Source of the DNA: a virus
Lineage: Duplodnaviria; Caudoviricetes
DNA: 64,000 bases
IMG/VR virus record: IMGVR_UViG_3300031134_000001
Span: 32,001-96,000 of that record
Direction: 5' to 3' (one strand)
Below, in pieces: positions 38,145 to 47,332 of this stretch (position 1 is its first letter; each line of letters starts with the position of its first letter). The notes beneath the pieces are model-generated. The model was given only the letters and a program-made list of their open reading frames with translations, was not told the DNA's origin and did no database searches. A program made the translations under genes and the position numbers.

Positions 38145-38942
38145 ATGAAACTTTTTTCGACCATGTCGCCAGCTGAGCAACAAGCAATCCAACGTTTTTA
38201 CAATGGTTTCCAGAACGCGCCGACCACCATCGCGTTTCGTAGCCAGTTCATCGAGCGTAAAGCCGATGGCAGCGTCGGGTTCATGCCAATCATCAGTGAC
38301 CCCGTCAAGCGGATCGTGATGAAGGAAGGTGATACGGCGCGCATGCACAATGTGCACCCGATCGAGACCAAACAACACCTCAACAGTCTTTTCCTGTTGA
38401 TCGGCACGCCTTACGGCACGCTCGTGGTGTACGGTCGTGAAAACGAGTACAAGATCAATGGCAAAAATGTGGTCCTCGGCCCGTTGCCACAGCTGCACCA
38501 CACGGCGCGCTTCTTAGGCGCTGCCCTGCGGTTCTTCGCTCGCACCAAGCGTGGCAAGACCACCACGGCGGAACTGGTGACCTGGATCTTCTCGGACAAC
38601 TTCGAACGTGACATGGAAGAGCAAGCGCAGCTCGACCACGTCACCGAACAAAAGACCGGCAACACCAATCTGCTGGGCGACGGCATGCCACCCCGTATTC
38701 GTCAGCAACACCCAACGCAGAAGAAAGCCTATGATGTGAGCAAACGGCGTGGACCTATCCAGCCTGTTGCCGACTTCCAAAACCCGAAGGAAGTCCAACC
38801 ACATCCGCTGGATATCATCCCGTGCCGTGCCAATGGTTTCAAAGGCACGCGCTACGCTAACCAGACGCCAGAACAGCGCGCTGAAGGCGCTGCGATGGTG
38901 GTACAGCCTGGCGTTCTTTCGGGTGTGCATCCAGCGGTGTAA
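38145..38942 (+). CDS. Hypothetical protein, possibly sharing a domain with 34528-34992
   Basis: ATG 38145; LFLLIGTPYGTLVVYGR resembles LIIVGTATGNAVMFER. Confidence 0.75.
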   Translation: MKLFSTMSPAEQQAIQRFYNGFQNAPTTIAFRSQFIERKADGSVGFMPIISDPVKRIVMKEGDTARMHNVHPIETKQHLNSLFLLIGTPYGTLVVYGRENEYKINGKNVVLGPLPQLHHTARFLGAALRFFARTKRGKTTTAELVTWIFSDNFERDMEEQAQLDHVTEQKTGNTNLLGDGMPPRIRQQHPTQKKAYDVSKRRGPIQPVADFQNPKEVQPHPLDIIPCRANGFKGTRYANQTPEQRAEGAAMVVQPGVLSGVHPAV

Positions 38943-38961
38943 CATCCACTAAGGAGTTATC

Positions 38962-39210
38962 ATGGCCAATCCACAGAAGCAAGCTCAGTTCAAAGCACGT
39001 CAAGATGTGTTGCGTGACGAAGTCAATCTGTTTCTTTCGCAAAACAAGCGCGAAGTCGCCATTCGACATTACCAAGACAAATGCGCTTGCACTCTCGATC
39101 GCGCTGTTCAGTACGTCGAATCGGTGGAACGGGAACGTCGCGCTGTGCGTCATGAAGACTTCTTAACGCGGGTTCGCACTCGTAGTTGGTATGGCCATGC
39201 AATTGCTTAA
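38962..39210 (+). CDS. Small protein with a ribosomal L7/L12 C-terminal-like helical motif
   Basis: AAGGAG SD; KREVAIRHYQDKCACTLDRAVQYVES resembles KIxAIKxYRExTGxxLxEAKxxVE. Confidence 0.45.
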   Translation: MANPQKQAQFKARQDVLRDEVNLFLSQNKREVAIRHYQDKCACTLDRAVQYVESVERERRAVRHEDFLTRVRTRSWYGHAIA

Positions 39211-39256
39211 ACGGCATAAGCCCGCTACCCTTCGGGGTAGCGGGTTGTATGACGTC
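39211..39256. terminator. Bidirectional UUCG terminator
   Basis: ACGGCATA-A-GCCCGCTACCC-TTCG-GGGTAGCGGGT-TG-TATGACGTC at a convergent junction. Confidence 0.8.
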
Positions 39257-39269
39257 TCTTTTTTTTTGG

Positions 39270-40082
39270 CTATCGACCAATACCGCTGATCAACGAGATG
39301 TATCGGGTCATGGATTCCGGGTCATTCATGAACGCGACCTTGGCCCAGGTTTCATCCAGGTATTCCCGGTACATCATTTCTGCATCGGAATAACCTTCGA
39401 CGATTTCCTTGAACTTACCGACTTGCACACCACCACGCAGTTCACCCATGTCGAGCTGGATGATGTACGAGTTGTAGATGAAGGACTTGACAGCCAACTC
39501 CACTAGGCGGGCAAAGGCCAGGTAGCTGCGGGCTTGGATGTTTGACAAGTTCTCATCGTTCTCCAGCGAGCAGCGTAAGTACATGTTCTGCGGTAAAATC
39601 ATGGCGTCTTGCACCATCACCACGTTCTCACCGATTAACTCCACACGCGCAGTACCGATGTTACCAGTGCGCAGTTGTGCTTCCATGACTTGGGATGCCA
39701 TGGACAACGCAGGACTACCACGCCCTGTGCCGTAGTTGCCACCATAGCCACTTTGTAGATTGGCCAGATAACCGTACGTGACATCGAACACGCTCAAGAT
39801 CGCGCGGCCGTTGGTCTTTGTTTTGGGAATCTGAAAGACGGTGACGTAACCGTTCTCAACTGTTTCTCGGGGAACGTCACTTAAGTCAATCCGCGTTTCC
39901 ACGCCATTGACCAAGTTACAGTCCACCAACACACGCGGTGCGAGCACCATGAAACGAATGCGTTCTTTGATGTCAGAAGGCAGATCGCGAAACTGTTGAT
40001 ACGGTTCTTGGAACACCACCTTCAGAATCTCGCGCGGAATGCGGAACATCACTTCATCCAGCGCTTTGGTAATGGGATTCAT
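39270..40082 (-). CDS. Conserved virion structural protein (phiKZ gp32-like)
   Basis: N-terminus MNPITKALDEVMFRIPREIL typical of this family; 270 aa. Confidence 0.6.
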   Translation of the reverse strand: MNPITKALDEVMFRIPREILKVVFQEPYQQFRDLPSDIKERIRFMVLAPRVLVDCNLVNGVETRIDLSDVPRETVENGYVTVFQIPKTKTNGRAILSVFDVTYGYLANLQSGYGGNYGTGRGSPALSMASQVMEAQLRTGNIGTARVELIGENVVMVQDAMILPQNMYLRCSLENDENLSNIQARSYLAFARLVELAVKSFIYNSYIIQLDMGELRGGVQVGKFKEIVEGYSDAEMMYREYLDETWAKVAFMNDPESMTRYISLISGIGR

Positions 40083-40093
40083 CTTGGCTCCTA

Positions 40094-40117
40094 AATAATT
40101 ACAAGGCTATATTACTA
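40094..40117 (+). promoter_or_regulatory. Early promoter
   Basis: AATAATTACAAGGC-TATATTAC-T (core 40108-40115), an exact phiKZ-type core. Confidence 0.75.
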
Positions 40118-40177
40118 CTCTGAGATGCGTAGCACATAGCATTCATCCTTTACAACCAACAACTACTAGGAGTATTC

Positions 40178-43144
40178 ATGAATCAATCGCGTAAGCCCCT
40201 TGTGCATCTTCTTTTCGTCGGCATCAAAACACCAGAATGGTGCAACGATTCTGAGAGCGGCATCAGTAAACTGCTCCATCTCATGAAATCGGAAGGCTCG
40301 GCCATCATCGCGCTCGGTGACGAAGAGATGACCGCCGTGGGTAACAACGCCGCTTTCTTGGCACTGAAACAGAAGGTTGAAGAATTGCGCTCGAAAGGCT
40401 ATAAAGCAGATCGCTGGGTGGTTGTTTCGAATAGTAACAACTTCAGGTTTATTGGCGACATGGATGGTCGCCCCATCGATTTCATTTACACGCACATTCA
40501 CCCTGGTGAAAATACGTATTTGTACGAAGATGATGAGCGGTCGCAGTATGGCAAACCACGGGCGCTGAATAACGTTTTAATGGCCATGCGTCAACAAAAC
40601 AAGCAAGCCGAGAAAAACAAACTATCGGGCCTTCTGCCAACGCTGTTGATCAAAAAACTGCTGGTCAGCATGGTGTACCATCTCAACGCTACGCCACCCG
40701 ATCGAAACAATGAGCGCGAGTTGCGCGAAATCATCGACTTTACTGAACGCCAGCTGACGCTTGGTAAGTTGTTCCCTAAGCCCGACCCTATTAACAACCA
40801 ACAACCACAAGGAACCACCATGGACAAAAACCATATCGTGCAACTGCTCAAGCTGACATGCCAGATGCTGAAGCCAGAAGAAGCGAATTCGTCGACGATC
40901 GACGGAGAAGTTGTGTGTCGTGACCTGACGTGGGTTAAAGAAAATGCAGAGACGACGCTGAAGGATATCGTACCACGGGCCACTCCGATCGTCATCGGTG
41001 AAACTCTGGTGGCACTGCAAACCATCGTCCCTCCGCACCCTCTGTATGCGGCAAAACTCACTGATGATCTCAAGCGTGTGATCAATGCGATGAAAGAGCC
41101 AGAAGCTGAAGCTAGCTCGCAGCCAGCGGATGATCAGAAAGCGCCGGTCGTTCACGTCGCGCCAATGGGTAAGCGTAAGCAAGTTGTCGAAACTTTGGCA
41201 CGCGCTATCGGCGCCATCGAAAACGGCGCCGACCTGAACGAGACCGAGAAGAAAGATCTGGTGGACGACCTCGCGTTTATCCATCGCAACTTCGACACGA
41301 TCATTCCCGAGCCCAAAGCACCGACACACCACAAGAACGTCAACCTGATTCTCGACGGCTTGAGCGATCAGAATTGGGGCAAAGATATCCAGGCGTTGTT
41401 CGACGAAATGAACAAACGTGGCGGGCGTACTTTCCAGTTCAACCAGTACGGTTTCGACACGAATCAGGACATTGCTTTCGCTGCTGAACTGGGTGACTAC
41501 CTCAAGGTTGTGCATCCCGACTCGACCTGGGTCGTCATCAAGGTTAACCCTGACGCGAAAAAGGAAGCCACGCTGGGTGATAAACCAAGCACCGTGATGA
41601 TGCAGCATTTCAAAAGCAAGGTGCTGGATCACAACGTCGCCTACTTGACCTTCACGGCGGGTATTAAATTTAGCACCATTAAGTCGTCCCTCTATCAGGT
41701 GCTGGAAAAGCATTTGCGCCGTATCGCTGGCGCGAACCAGACTGAAGAGAAAGCGCCAGAGTCCGCCACGCCAATGGCAGATGAAATCCTGAAAGCGCTA
41801 CGCAACCTGGACGTGATGCGTGAAGCGTTGATGCCTTTGTTGCCAAAGCCGTCTTCCGAACCATCGGAACTGCAAGAGTATTTGCAGGGTTGGCTGCGTG
41901 ATTTTAATGGCATGCCTCCAGGCCCTGGTGCGAACTTCCAGCGGTTTGGCCGTCTTCCACAAGGCTATGCCGATGACTGGCGCTTCAATGTCAATGGTCA
42001 TCCAGATCAACAAGGCTATGGTCCAGTCGGTGGTTGGCCAATGTCGCAACCACCTTCGTATGGACCAGGTCGCGATCCATCGCAAGAAGCTTGGCGTACA
42101 TCACGGGCACCATTCATGGATTACGCCCGTCGTCCGCAGGGTGGTTCTTTCACGGAAGAAGTGTTGAAATCATTTAAGGGTGTGGTCGCAGTGCACGTGT
42201 ATGGCACATCCGGTGAGATTGCTTTGAAGCGCTTTATGAATATTTTCCATCAAGCGCTTCCACATGCGATGCTGACTGTTGTTCAGCATCAAGACCGGCA
42301 AGAGATCTCGTTGTTGGATTTCATACAGGAAGAGGAAGCGAAAGCAAGGTTATCGACTGGTCGTAAGAGTATTTTCCATGCCACTTTTTTCCTCGCACAA
42401 AGTGATGTTGCTGCGCACCGACACCTGCAAGAATTTAAGTATCAGATGGCTATGCATCATATTCCCTGCCCATGCATCGGTGCGCATGTTGTTAACGCGC
42501 ATGCGTTGTTGAATGCGAGCGATTTTGGTTCGCAATTACTTCAGTTTATCCAAAACCCACAAAGCAACGCTGGTGTCAATAGCGATGTAAGCCATCTGTC
42601 GCCTCAGGGTCGTGACAACGTCGAAGCGATGAAGCATACTCTGGAGCGCAACGGGCTGGGACGCTATGCATCGCAACCACGCCTGTTCGACGCCTTCAAT
42701 CAGTTCGAGGGGGTGTTGGCCATTCATGCCGTCGGCAAGCACAATGCGCACCACATGCGTGCAGCGAACCTTGCCATCCAGATGTTGATTCCAAACGCAC
42801 ACGTGGAAGTGTTTGCGTATTCGCTCGACGATAACGATGGTGTCAACACGTGCGGGAAGCTGATGAAGAATGTGTCGAAACTGAAGCAGCATCAACTTCA
42901 CGTCGTGGTATCGGCGGCGCAACCAATGCCGCCTTTGCCAGCACCAGGTGTGTCAAGCAACTTGGGCTATATGCTGTATTCCGCATTGTCGACGACTTTC
43001 CGTCCGAGTAAAGGGGCCGTGACGATGTTGGCTGAAGGTGCAATCACCGGCATCACGGTGCAAGCGCTGCAAGAAGTATTTGTCAGCGTACTCTTCGGGC
43101 TCTTGGAATCGGAAGCGCTTCCTCAGCCGACGCGGCGTTTCTAA
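40178..43144 (+). CDS. Large modular early protein of unknown function
   Basis: 988 aa; AGGAG SD; internal in-frame SD and ATG at 40820; duplicated alpha/beta unit near the C-terminus. Confidence 0.85.
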   Translation: MNQSRKPLVHLLFVGIKTPEWCNDSESGISKLLHLMKSEGSAIIALGDEEMTAVGNNAAFLALKQKVEELRSKGYKADRWVVVSNSNNFRFIGDMDGRPIDFIYTHIHPGENTYLYEDDERSQYGKPRALNNVLMAMRQQNKQAEKNKLSGLLPTLLIKKLLVSMVYHLNATPPDRNNERELREIIDFTERQLTLGKLFPKPDPINNQQPQGTTMDKNHIVQLLKLTCQMLKPEEANSSTIDGEVVCRDLTWVKENAETTLKDIVPRATPIVIGETLVALQTIVPPHPLYAAKLTDDLKRVINAMKEPEAEASSQPADDQKAPVVHVAPMGKRKQVVETLARAIGAIENGADLNETEKKDLVDDLAFIHRNFDTIIPEPKAPTHHKNVNLILDGLSDQNWGKDIQALFDEMNKRGGRTFQFNQYGFDTNQDIAFAAELGDYLKVVHPDSTWVVIKVNPDAKKEATLGDKPSTVMMQHFKSKVLDHNVAYLTFTAGIKFSTIKSSLYQVLEKHLRRIAGANQTEEKAPESATPMADEILKALRNLDVMREALMPLLPKPSSEPSELQEYLQGWLRDFNGMPPGPGANFQRFGRLPQGYADDWRFNVNGHPDQQGYGPVGGWPMSQPPSYGPGRDPSQEAWRTSRAPFMDYARRPQGGSFTEEVLKSFKGVVAVHVYGTSGEIALKRFMNIFHQALPHAMLTVVQHQDRQEISLLDFIQEEEAKARLSTGRKSIFHATFFLAQSDVAAHRHLQEFKYQMAMHHIPCPCIGAHVVNAHALLNASDFGSQLLQFIQNPQSNAGVNSDVSHLSPQGRDNVEAMKHTLERNGLGRYASQPRLFDAFNQFEGVLAIHAVGKHNAHHMRAANLAIQMLIPNAHVEVFAYSLDDNDGVNTCGKLMKNVSKLKQHQLHVVVSAAQPMPPLPAPGVSSNLGYMLYSALSTTFRPSKGAVTMLAEGAITGITVQALQEVFVSVLFGLLESEALPQPTRRF

Positions 43145-43154
43145 GTAGTACCTG

Positions 43155-43192
43155 CCCAACCAGTGTAACTCTAGCTGGTTGGGTGTTTTTTT
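43155..43192 (+). terminator. Intrinsic terminator
   Basis: CCCAACCAG/CTGGTTGGG stem followed by a T run. Confidence 0.75.
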
Positions 43193-43265
43193 ACTCTGTT
43201 TCTCTTATTCAATGTCCAGAATAACGTTGAATGTTTTGCACTATAATTAACAAAAGGATCATGCA

Positions 43266-44309
43266 ATGAACGCTGTAACCAATTCTGCCCCTAAAGGCAA
43301 AGCCCGTCTGTATGCTTGCGGCGGGGCATCGATTAATATCGTGAGCGGCATTGGCGCGATGCAAATCAATCCTGATCTGCTCGCTGATCTGCTGATTACC
43401 CAAATCGACACCAGCCCATCGAACCTGACGACCCGCTCGACCAGCGTCGAGAACTACCTGATGACCATCGCAGGCAAGGTCGATGGCGGCGGCAAGAACC
43501 GCACCGAGAACGAAGCGCTGATTGAAGAACACGTCAAGCCGATTCTGAAGATGCATCCACCGGGCGACGTGAACATCGTGATCTCTACCGGCGGCGGTTC
43601 GTCCGGCTCGGTCATCGCCACCAAGCTGACCAACGAACTGCTGATCCGTGGCGAATGCGTGATCGTGCTGCTGATCGGCACGACCGGCTCGCGTATCGAA
43701 GCAAAGAACTCGATCGACACGCAGACCAACTACGAGCAGATCGCCAAAGCTCGCAATGCGCCAGCGGTCATGGTTTACATGCAAAACTCGCAGACGATGC
43801 CGCGTGAAAAGGTTAACGACCACATGCGCTCGACGATCATGTACCTGGCCATGTTGTTCTCGCGTCGCAACAGCGGTCTGGACTCGATGGACCTGCGCAA
43901 CTGGCTGTACTTCACTCGCCCAGAAGTGATCAAGGGTTTGACGCCACAGCTGTTCAGTCTGACGGTGCTGCTGCGCGAACATACGCCTGAAGGCGAAGCC
44001 AAGTTCGAAAAAGAACTCGACCAACTCGGCAACATCTTGTCGGTCGCTACCTTGGCCCGCATCGGCGGTCAAACGGAAATGCCGGAAGACTTCATGCCGG
44101 AGTACCATACCGAAGGTTTCGCTCCGGACATCAAGGACAGCAAAGTCTTTGATACCCAATCGGTGAACTTCGTGATCAGCGATGGTCTGGTACAAGGGTT
44201 CGTCACGGAACTGCGCAAGTTTGCCAAGCGCGAAAAACCGCAGATCAACACATCGACGCTGTTGGCAGACAGCGAAGATGATGACGACGCGCCTACGGTT
44301 AATTTCTGA
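43266..44309 (+). CDS. phuZ: Phage tubulin PhuZ
   Basis: YACGGASINI, DGGGKNR, STGGGSSGSV tubulin signature, T7-loop NSGLDSMDLRNW, acidic tail. Confidence 0.93.
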   Translation: MNAVTNSAPKGKARLYACGGASINIVSGIGAMQINPDLLADLLITQIDTSPSNLTTRSTSVENYLMTIAGKVDGGGKNRTENEALIEEHVKPILKMHPPGDVNIVISTGGGSSGSVIATKLTNELLIRGECVIVLLIGTTGSRIEAKNSIDTQTNYEQIAKARNAPAVMVYMQNSQTMPREKVNDHMRSTIMYLAMLFSRRNSGLDSMDLRNWLYFTRPEVIKGLTPQLFSLTVLLREHTPEGEAKFEKELDQLGNILSVATLARIGGQTEMPEDFMPEYHTEGFAPDIKDSKVFDTQSVNFVISDGLVQGFVTELRKFAKREKPQINTSTLLADSEDDDDAPTVNF

Positions 44310-44469
44310 TACCGACATGGATATAGCCATCATCGGCGGCGGTGGTGGATGGTTAGGAACCGCTCTTATAAGAGCACTCTGTGGCGGCTTGGGTCGGACA
44401 GTAGAGATCGTGAAGCTTTGTGACTGGGTAAACAAATGGTCGTTTACTCATCAACATGAAGTCATGTAC

Positions 44470-45030
44470 GGTCTATGCAATTATGAGAGCGGGGTTTACG
44501 GCGCGGGTTGCATAACCCCGTCACATCACGTTCAACAGCCCGAGCGGGCACTGGCACACAGTAAGGGTCTGTGTAAGCCTGTGATTGTCTCCGCCAACGG
44601 CCAAAGATAATGTGAACAAAATAAACCTCCGGTTATTAATAGCGCAAGTTTACGGGACTTGTAGCTAAACTTATCCCATTTAGATAAGTTTTCGAACCAT
44701 CCAAGCCTATCCGCTGCGCGCGGTATTAAGCGTCTGCCCGACGTTTGTCTGAGTCCGCAACATCGAAGACGCTTTCCTTTTACACCGCCAGCACATTGAT
44801 TCATGAATCAACAGTGTTGTGTTAGGTGATCTGCGGAGGTTGTCCTAGAACCGGATGATCGGACGTTAAACGAAGTAAACTTGGGGGCGGGACGAGCGAA
44901 GCTTTGCGAAGAGAATCACTCAGGCATGAGTGGGCGAAAATCTCTTTGCCAGCATTAGAACTCCCTTCCCCCCATTTCATCCCACTTACCTAACCGTTCT
45001 CTTCGGAGAATAATTAGGTAAGTGGATTCA
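44470..45030 (+). ncRNA. Candidate large structured non-coding RNA
   Basis: At least ten hairpins or nested helices, some with G-U pairs; no ORF with phage-like codon use; ends in a long UUCG hairpin. Boundaries are approximate. Confidence 0.5.
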
Positions 45031-45045
45031 TTTTTTTATGCCGCC
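44982..45045 (+). terminator. Long UUCG terminator
   Basis: CCACTTACCTAA..TTCTC-TTCG-GAGAA..TTAGGTAAGTGG, T7 tract, TATGCCG. Confidence 0.8.
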
Positions 45046-45147
45046 ACAGTGAAATATCACAGTAGGTAAAAACGCACTAGAAACGCTTCTAAGCGTTATT
45101 TTACTTGGCGGGTGTATTGTATACGTAACGCCGTCAAAAGGCCCCCA

Positions 45148-45624
45148 ATGGACCATAAACAACGATTGCAGCGATCTGTTTGGGTGCTCGACATCAACGA
45201 TTACATTTTGTACTTGGAAGACTGCCTTTACCGCATCTCACCCAAGTTTCCGTGGTTGTTAGATAGCCAGCCAATTGATCGTAATTGGACGTGGCAACAC
45301 ACAGATCGTTTTACTGTAGACAAGACCCAGCGAGATTACTTGATCGACTGGATCATCAAACACTTCTTGCGTGAAGTCTATCACTTCGATACCGGTAACG
45401 ATTGGAACGAAGACTTTCACGATGTTTTCAATGTCTTGTGTAGTGACTACGCCCTGCACGAATCCACCAAATACTACCTGAGTATCCCGCACGTCTACGG
45501 CGACATCTTTACTCCTCAGGTATTCCGACAATCTTGCTGGGTGTATATCGAAGCGGATATCGACCCACAACAACAAAAGATTCCAATCACACATGCCCTA
45601 CCCAAACCCATCACGCCAGCTTGA
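45148..45624 (+). CDS. Hypothetical protein
   Basis: ATG 45148 preferred over GTG 45112; aromatic-rich 158 aa. Confidence 0.7.
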   Translation: MDHKQRLQRSVWVLDINDYILYLEDCLYRISPKFPWLLDSQPIDRNWTWQHTDRFTVDKTQRDYLIDWIIKHFLREVYHFDTGNDWNEDFHDVFNVLCSDYALHESTKYYLSIPHVYGDIFTPQVFRQSCWVYIEADIDPQQQKIPITHALPKPITPA

Positions 45625-46549
45625 AGTCCATCATTCGTTTATCTCGGATGTGTTTGATGTTGCCCATTACATCCAGGGCGTGCTTGAACCTGTTCTGAAA
45701 GCGCCTGAAGCTGGTTTGTATTTGCCTGGTCAAGTCGATCCAGTGCTACGGGCTGATCGTGAGTATTGGTACCAAGAACCAATCTCGATCCAGCAGGCCA
45801 GCCGTTCGGTAGCAGTGCGTACGTTTGATGCGCCTTACAATCCGTCCCCGTATCACACGGGTCCTTTGGTGCAGCTGCACAACCAGCCATGGCAATACTA
45901 CCGTTACAACTACATCCGGGTAAACGACTTAGAACAAGTCATTACCTCGCCGTGGGATGTGGTGGAAATGCCGCACGGTTTTATCCCGCCTTACTTCAGT
46001 CCAACTGACGACATGTCCGGCACGGACGCATTGCCGATGCGGGTAGCATTAACGTCACACCTGGCGCACATGTGTTCACTGACGCCCGACGTGCCGTTTG
46101 CGGGCATCAAGCTCGCTAAGCTCATGCTCGACAATGAGATCGTTGCTACGCGCAGCTTTAACCCATCGCCCGGTAAGACCATCGAACAGCTGATCACGCC
46201 ATTCATTAGCGAGCACTACCTGCCGCCCGATTTGTCTGATTTAGACAAATACGAGCACATCCTCGAAGATGCTTGGTTCCGGCGCGCCATGAATAAGATT
46301 TGCGAAAGCATGGCTACCGTTCTGGCCCCCTTACGCAATGGCTTGTATGGCGACTCGTACCAGATGTTCACGGCGCAATACCAAGATGGCTTTACCATCC
46401 GCATTGATCAGCTGGGCGACTACCGCATCCACGAGTGGGAACGTATCGTGAACGATCCTGAATATCAACGTTGGTTGCGTGCCAAAGCCGATGGTAGCTG
46501 GTACCGCGTTCCCGTAGCTGATGCTTACGATTCTAAACTTCATCTCTAA
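45593..46549 (+). CDS. Hypothetical protein
   Basis: 318 aa; IDQLGDYRIHEWER motif; coupled operon. Confidence 0.8.
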   Translation: MPYPNPSRQLEVHHSFISDVFDVAHYIQGVLEPVLKAPEAGLYLPGQVDPVLRADREYWYQEPISIQQASRSVAVRTFDAPYNPSPYHTGPLVQLHNQPWQYYRYNYIRVNDLEQVITSPWDVVEMPHGFIPPYFSPTDDMSGTDALPMRVALTSHLAHMCSLTPDVPFAGIKLAKLMLDNEIVATRSFNPSPGKTIEQLITPFISEHYLPPDLSDLDKYEHILEDAWFRRAMNKICESMATVLAPLRNGLYGDSYQMFTAQYQDGFTIRIDQLGDYRIHEWERIVNDPEYQRWLRAKADGSWYRVPVADAYDSKLHL

Positions 46550-46551
46550 TC

Positions 46552-46935
46552 ATGACCATATCGCAGGAGTTGTTTAAGTTACCGTTTGATCCTGTCATGC
46601 AGTCTGTCGAGATGGGGATGGAGCCGCTATCAGCGTTGGCCAAGTACAACATCGTGATCCGCACCTTTATCGAGTACCTGCTGGAAGAACTGAGCGTGAA
46701 GATCTCGGACCAGTACGCGACGTCGCCGATTGATTTAGCCGTGGCGTATCTGAAACAGAACTACGTGGATGAGGAATACGCGCAGCGGTTTAGCCACCAC
46801 GTTCTCGACGCGCTCATGACGACCGTGATCGGTTACTTCCCGTCGATCTCACACCAGACGCTATCGGCTGCCCGGTACGTACTCGATCAAGATAACATCA
46901 CTTTGTTGGTTTACATGCAATACAAAAACCCATGA
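46552..46935 (+). CDS. Hypothetical protein
   Basis: 127 aa, coupled. Confidence 0.8.
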   Translation: MTISQELFKLPFDPVMQSVEMGMEPLSALAKYNIVIRTFIEYLLEELSVKISDQYATSPIDLAVAYLKQNYVDEEYAQRFSHHVLDALMTTVIGYFPSISHQTLSAARYVLDQDNITLLVYMQYKNP

Positions 46936-47324
46936 ACCAATTACTTATTGACACCGCAGGCGCGCTTGATCAGTTCAAGCGCTTGGAGCACACGTTTGAT
47001 TTCTATCCAGCCGGGTTTGTTGGCTTGATCTCAGACATGCTGAACTACCACATGAGCAATCCGGACAGCAGTGAAGATGCTGACCAAATGTTCATGGACA
47101 CGGTATTAGAAGCGTATTACACGTCAACCAAATACCAGGCCACATCTGCATCACCAGAAGACCCAGCCATTGAAAACTTAATTGCTTTGGCTTTACTCAT
47201 GATTAACCACACCACCATGCATTTCGTGCGGTATCATCGTAACACGCTGTCGCTGTGCGAAGTCGATTCGCAGTCCATCGAGCTGGGTTCGTCATTCGAA
47301 TACATTTTGTTGAAAAGAAAATAG
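46932..47324 (+). CDS. Hypothetical protein
   Basis: 130 aa, ATGA overlap. Confidence 0.75.
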   Translation: MNQLLIDTAGALDQFKRLEHTFDFYPAGFVGLISDMLNYHMSNPDSSEDADQMFMDTVLEAYYTSTKYQATSASPEDPAIENLIALALLMINHTTMHFVRYHRNTLSLCEVDSQSIELGSSFEYILLKRK

Positions 47325-47332
47325 GAGGTTGT

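Noticed and set aside
43227-43247. Host sigma-70 promoter for phuZ (TTGAAT...TATAAT)
   Set aside because: The spacer is only 9 nt. It more likely is a degenerate phage early motif (TTTTGCAC-TATAAT), but it is too divergent to call.
44182-44610. Protein-coding gene with a Gly-rich Rossmann-like start (MDIAIIGGGGGW, ATG 44317)
   Set aside because: No SD, atypical codons, and dense hairpins favour an RNA. It is not excluded but was not called.
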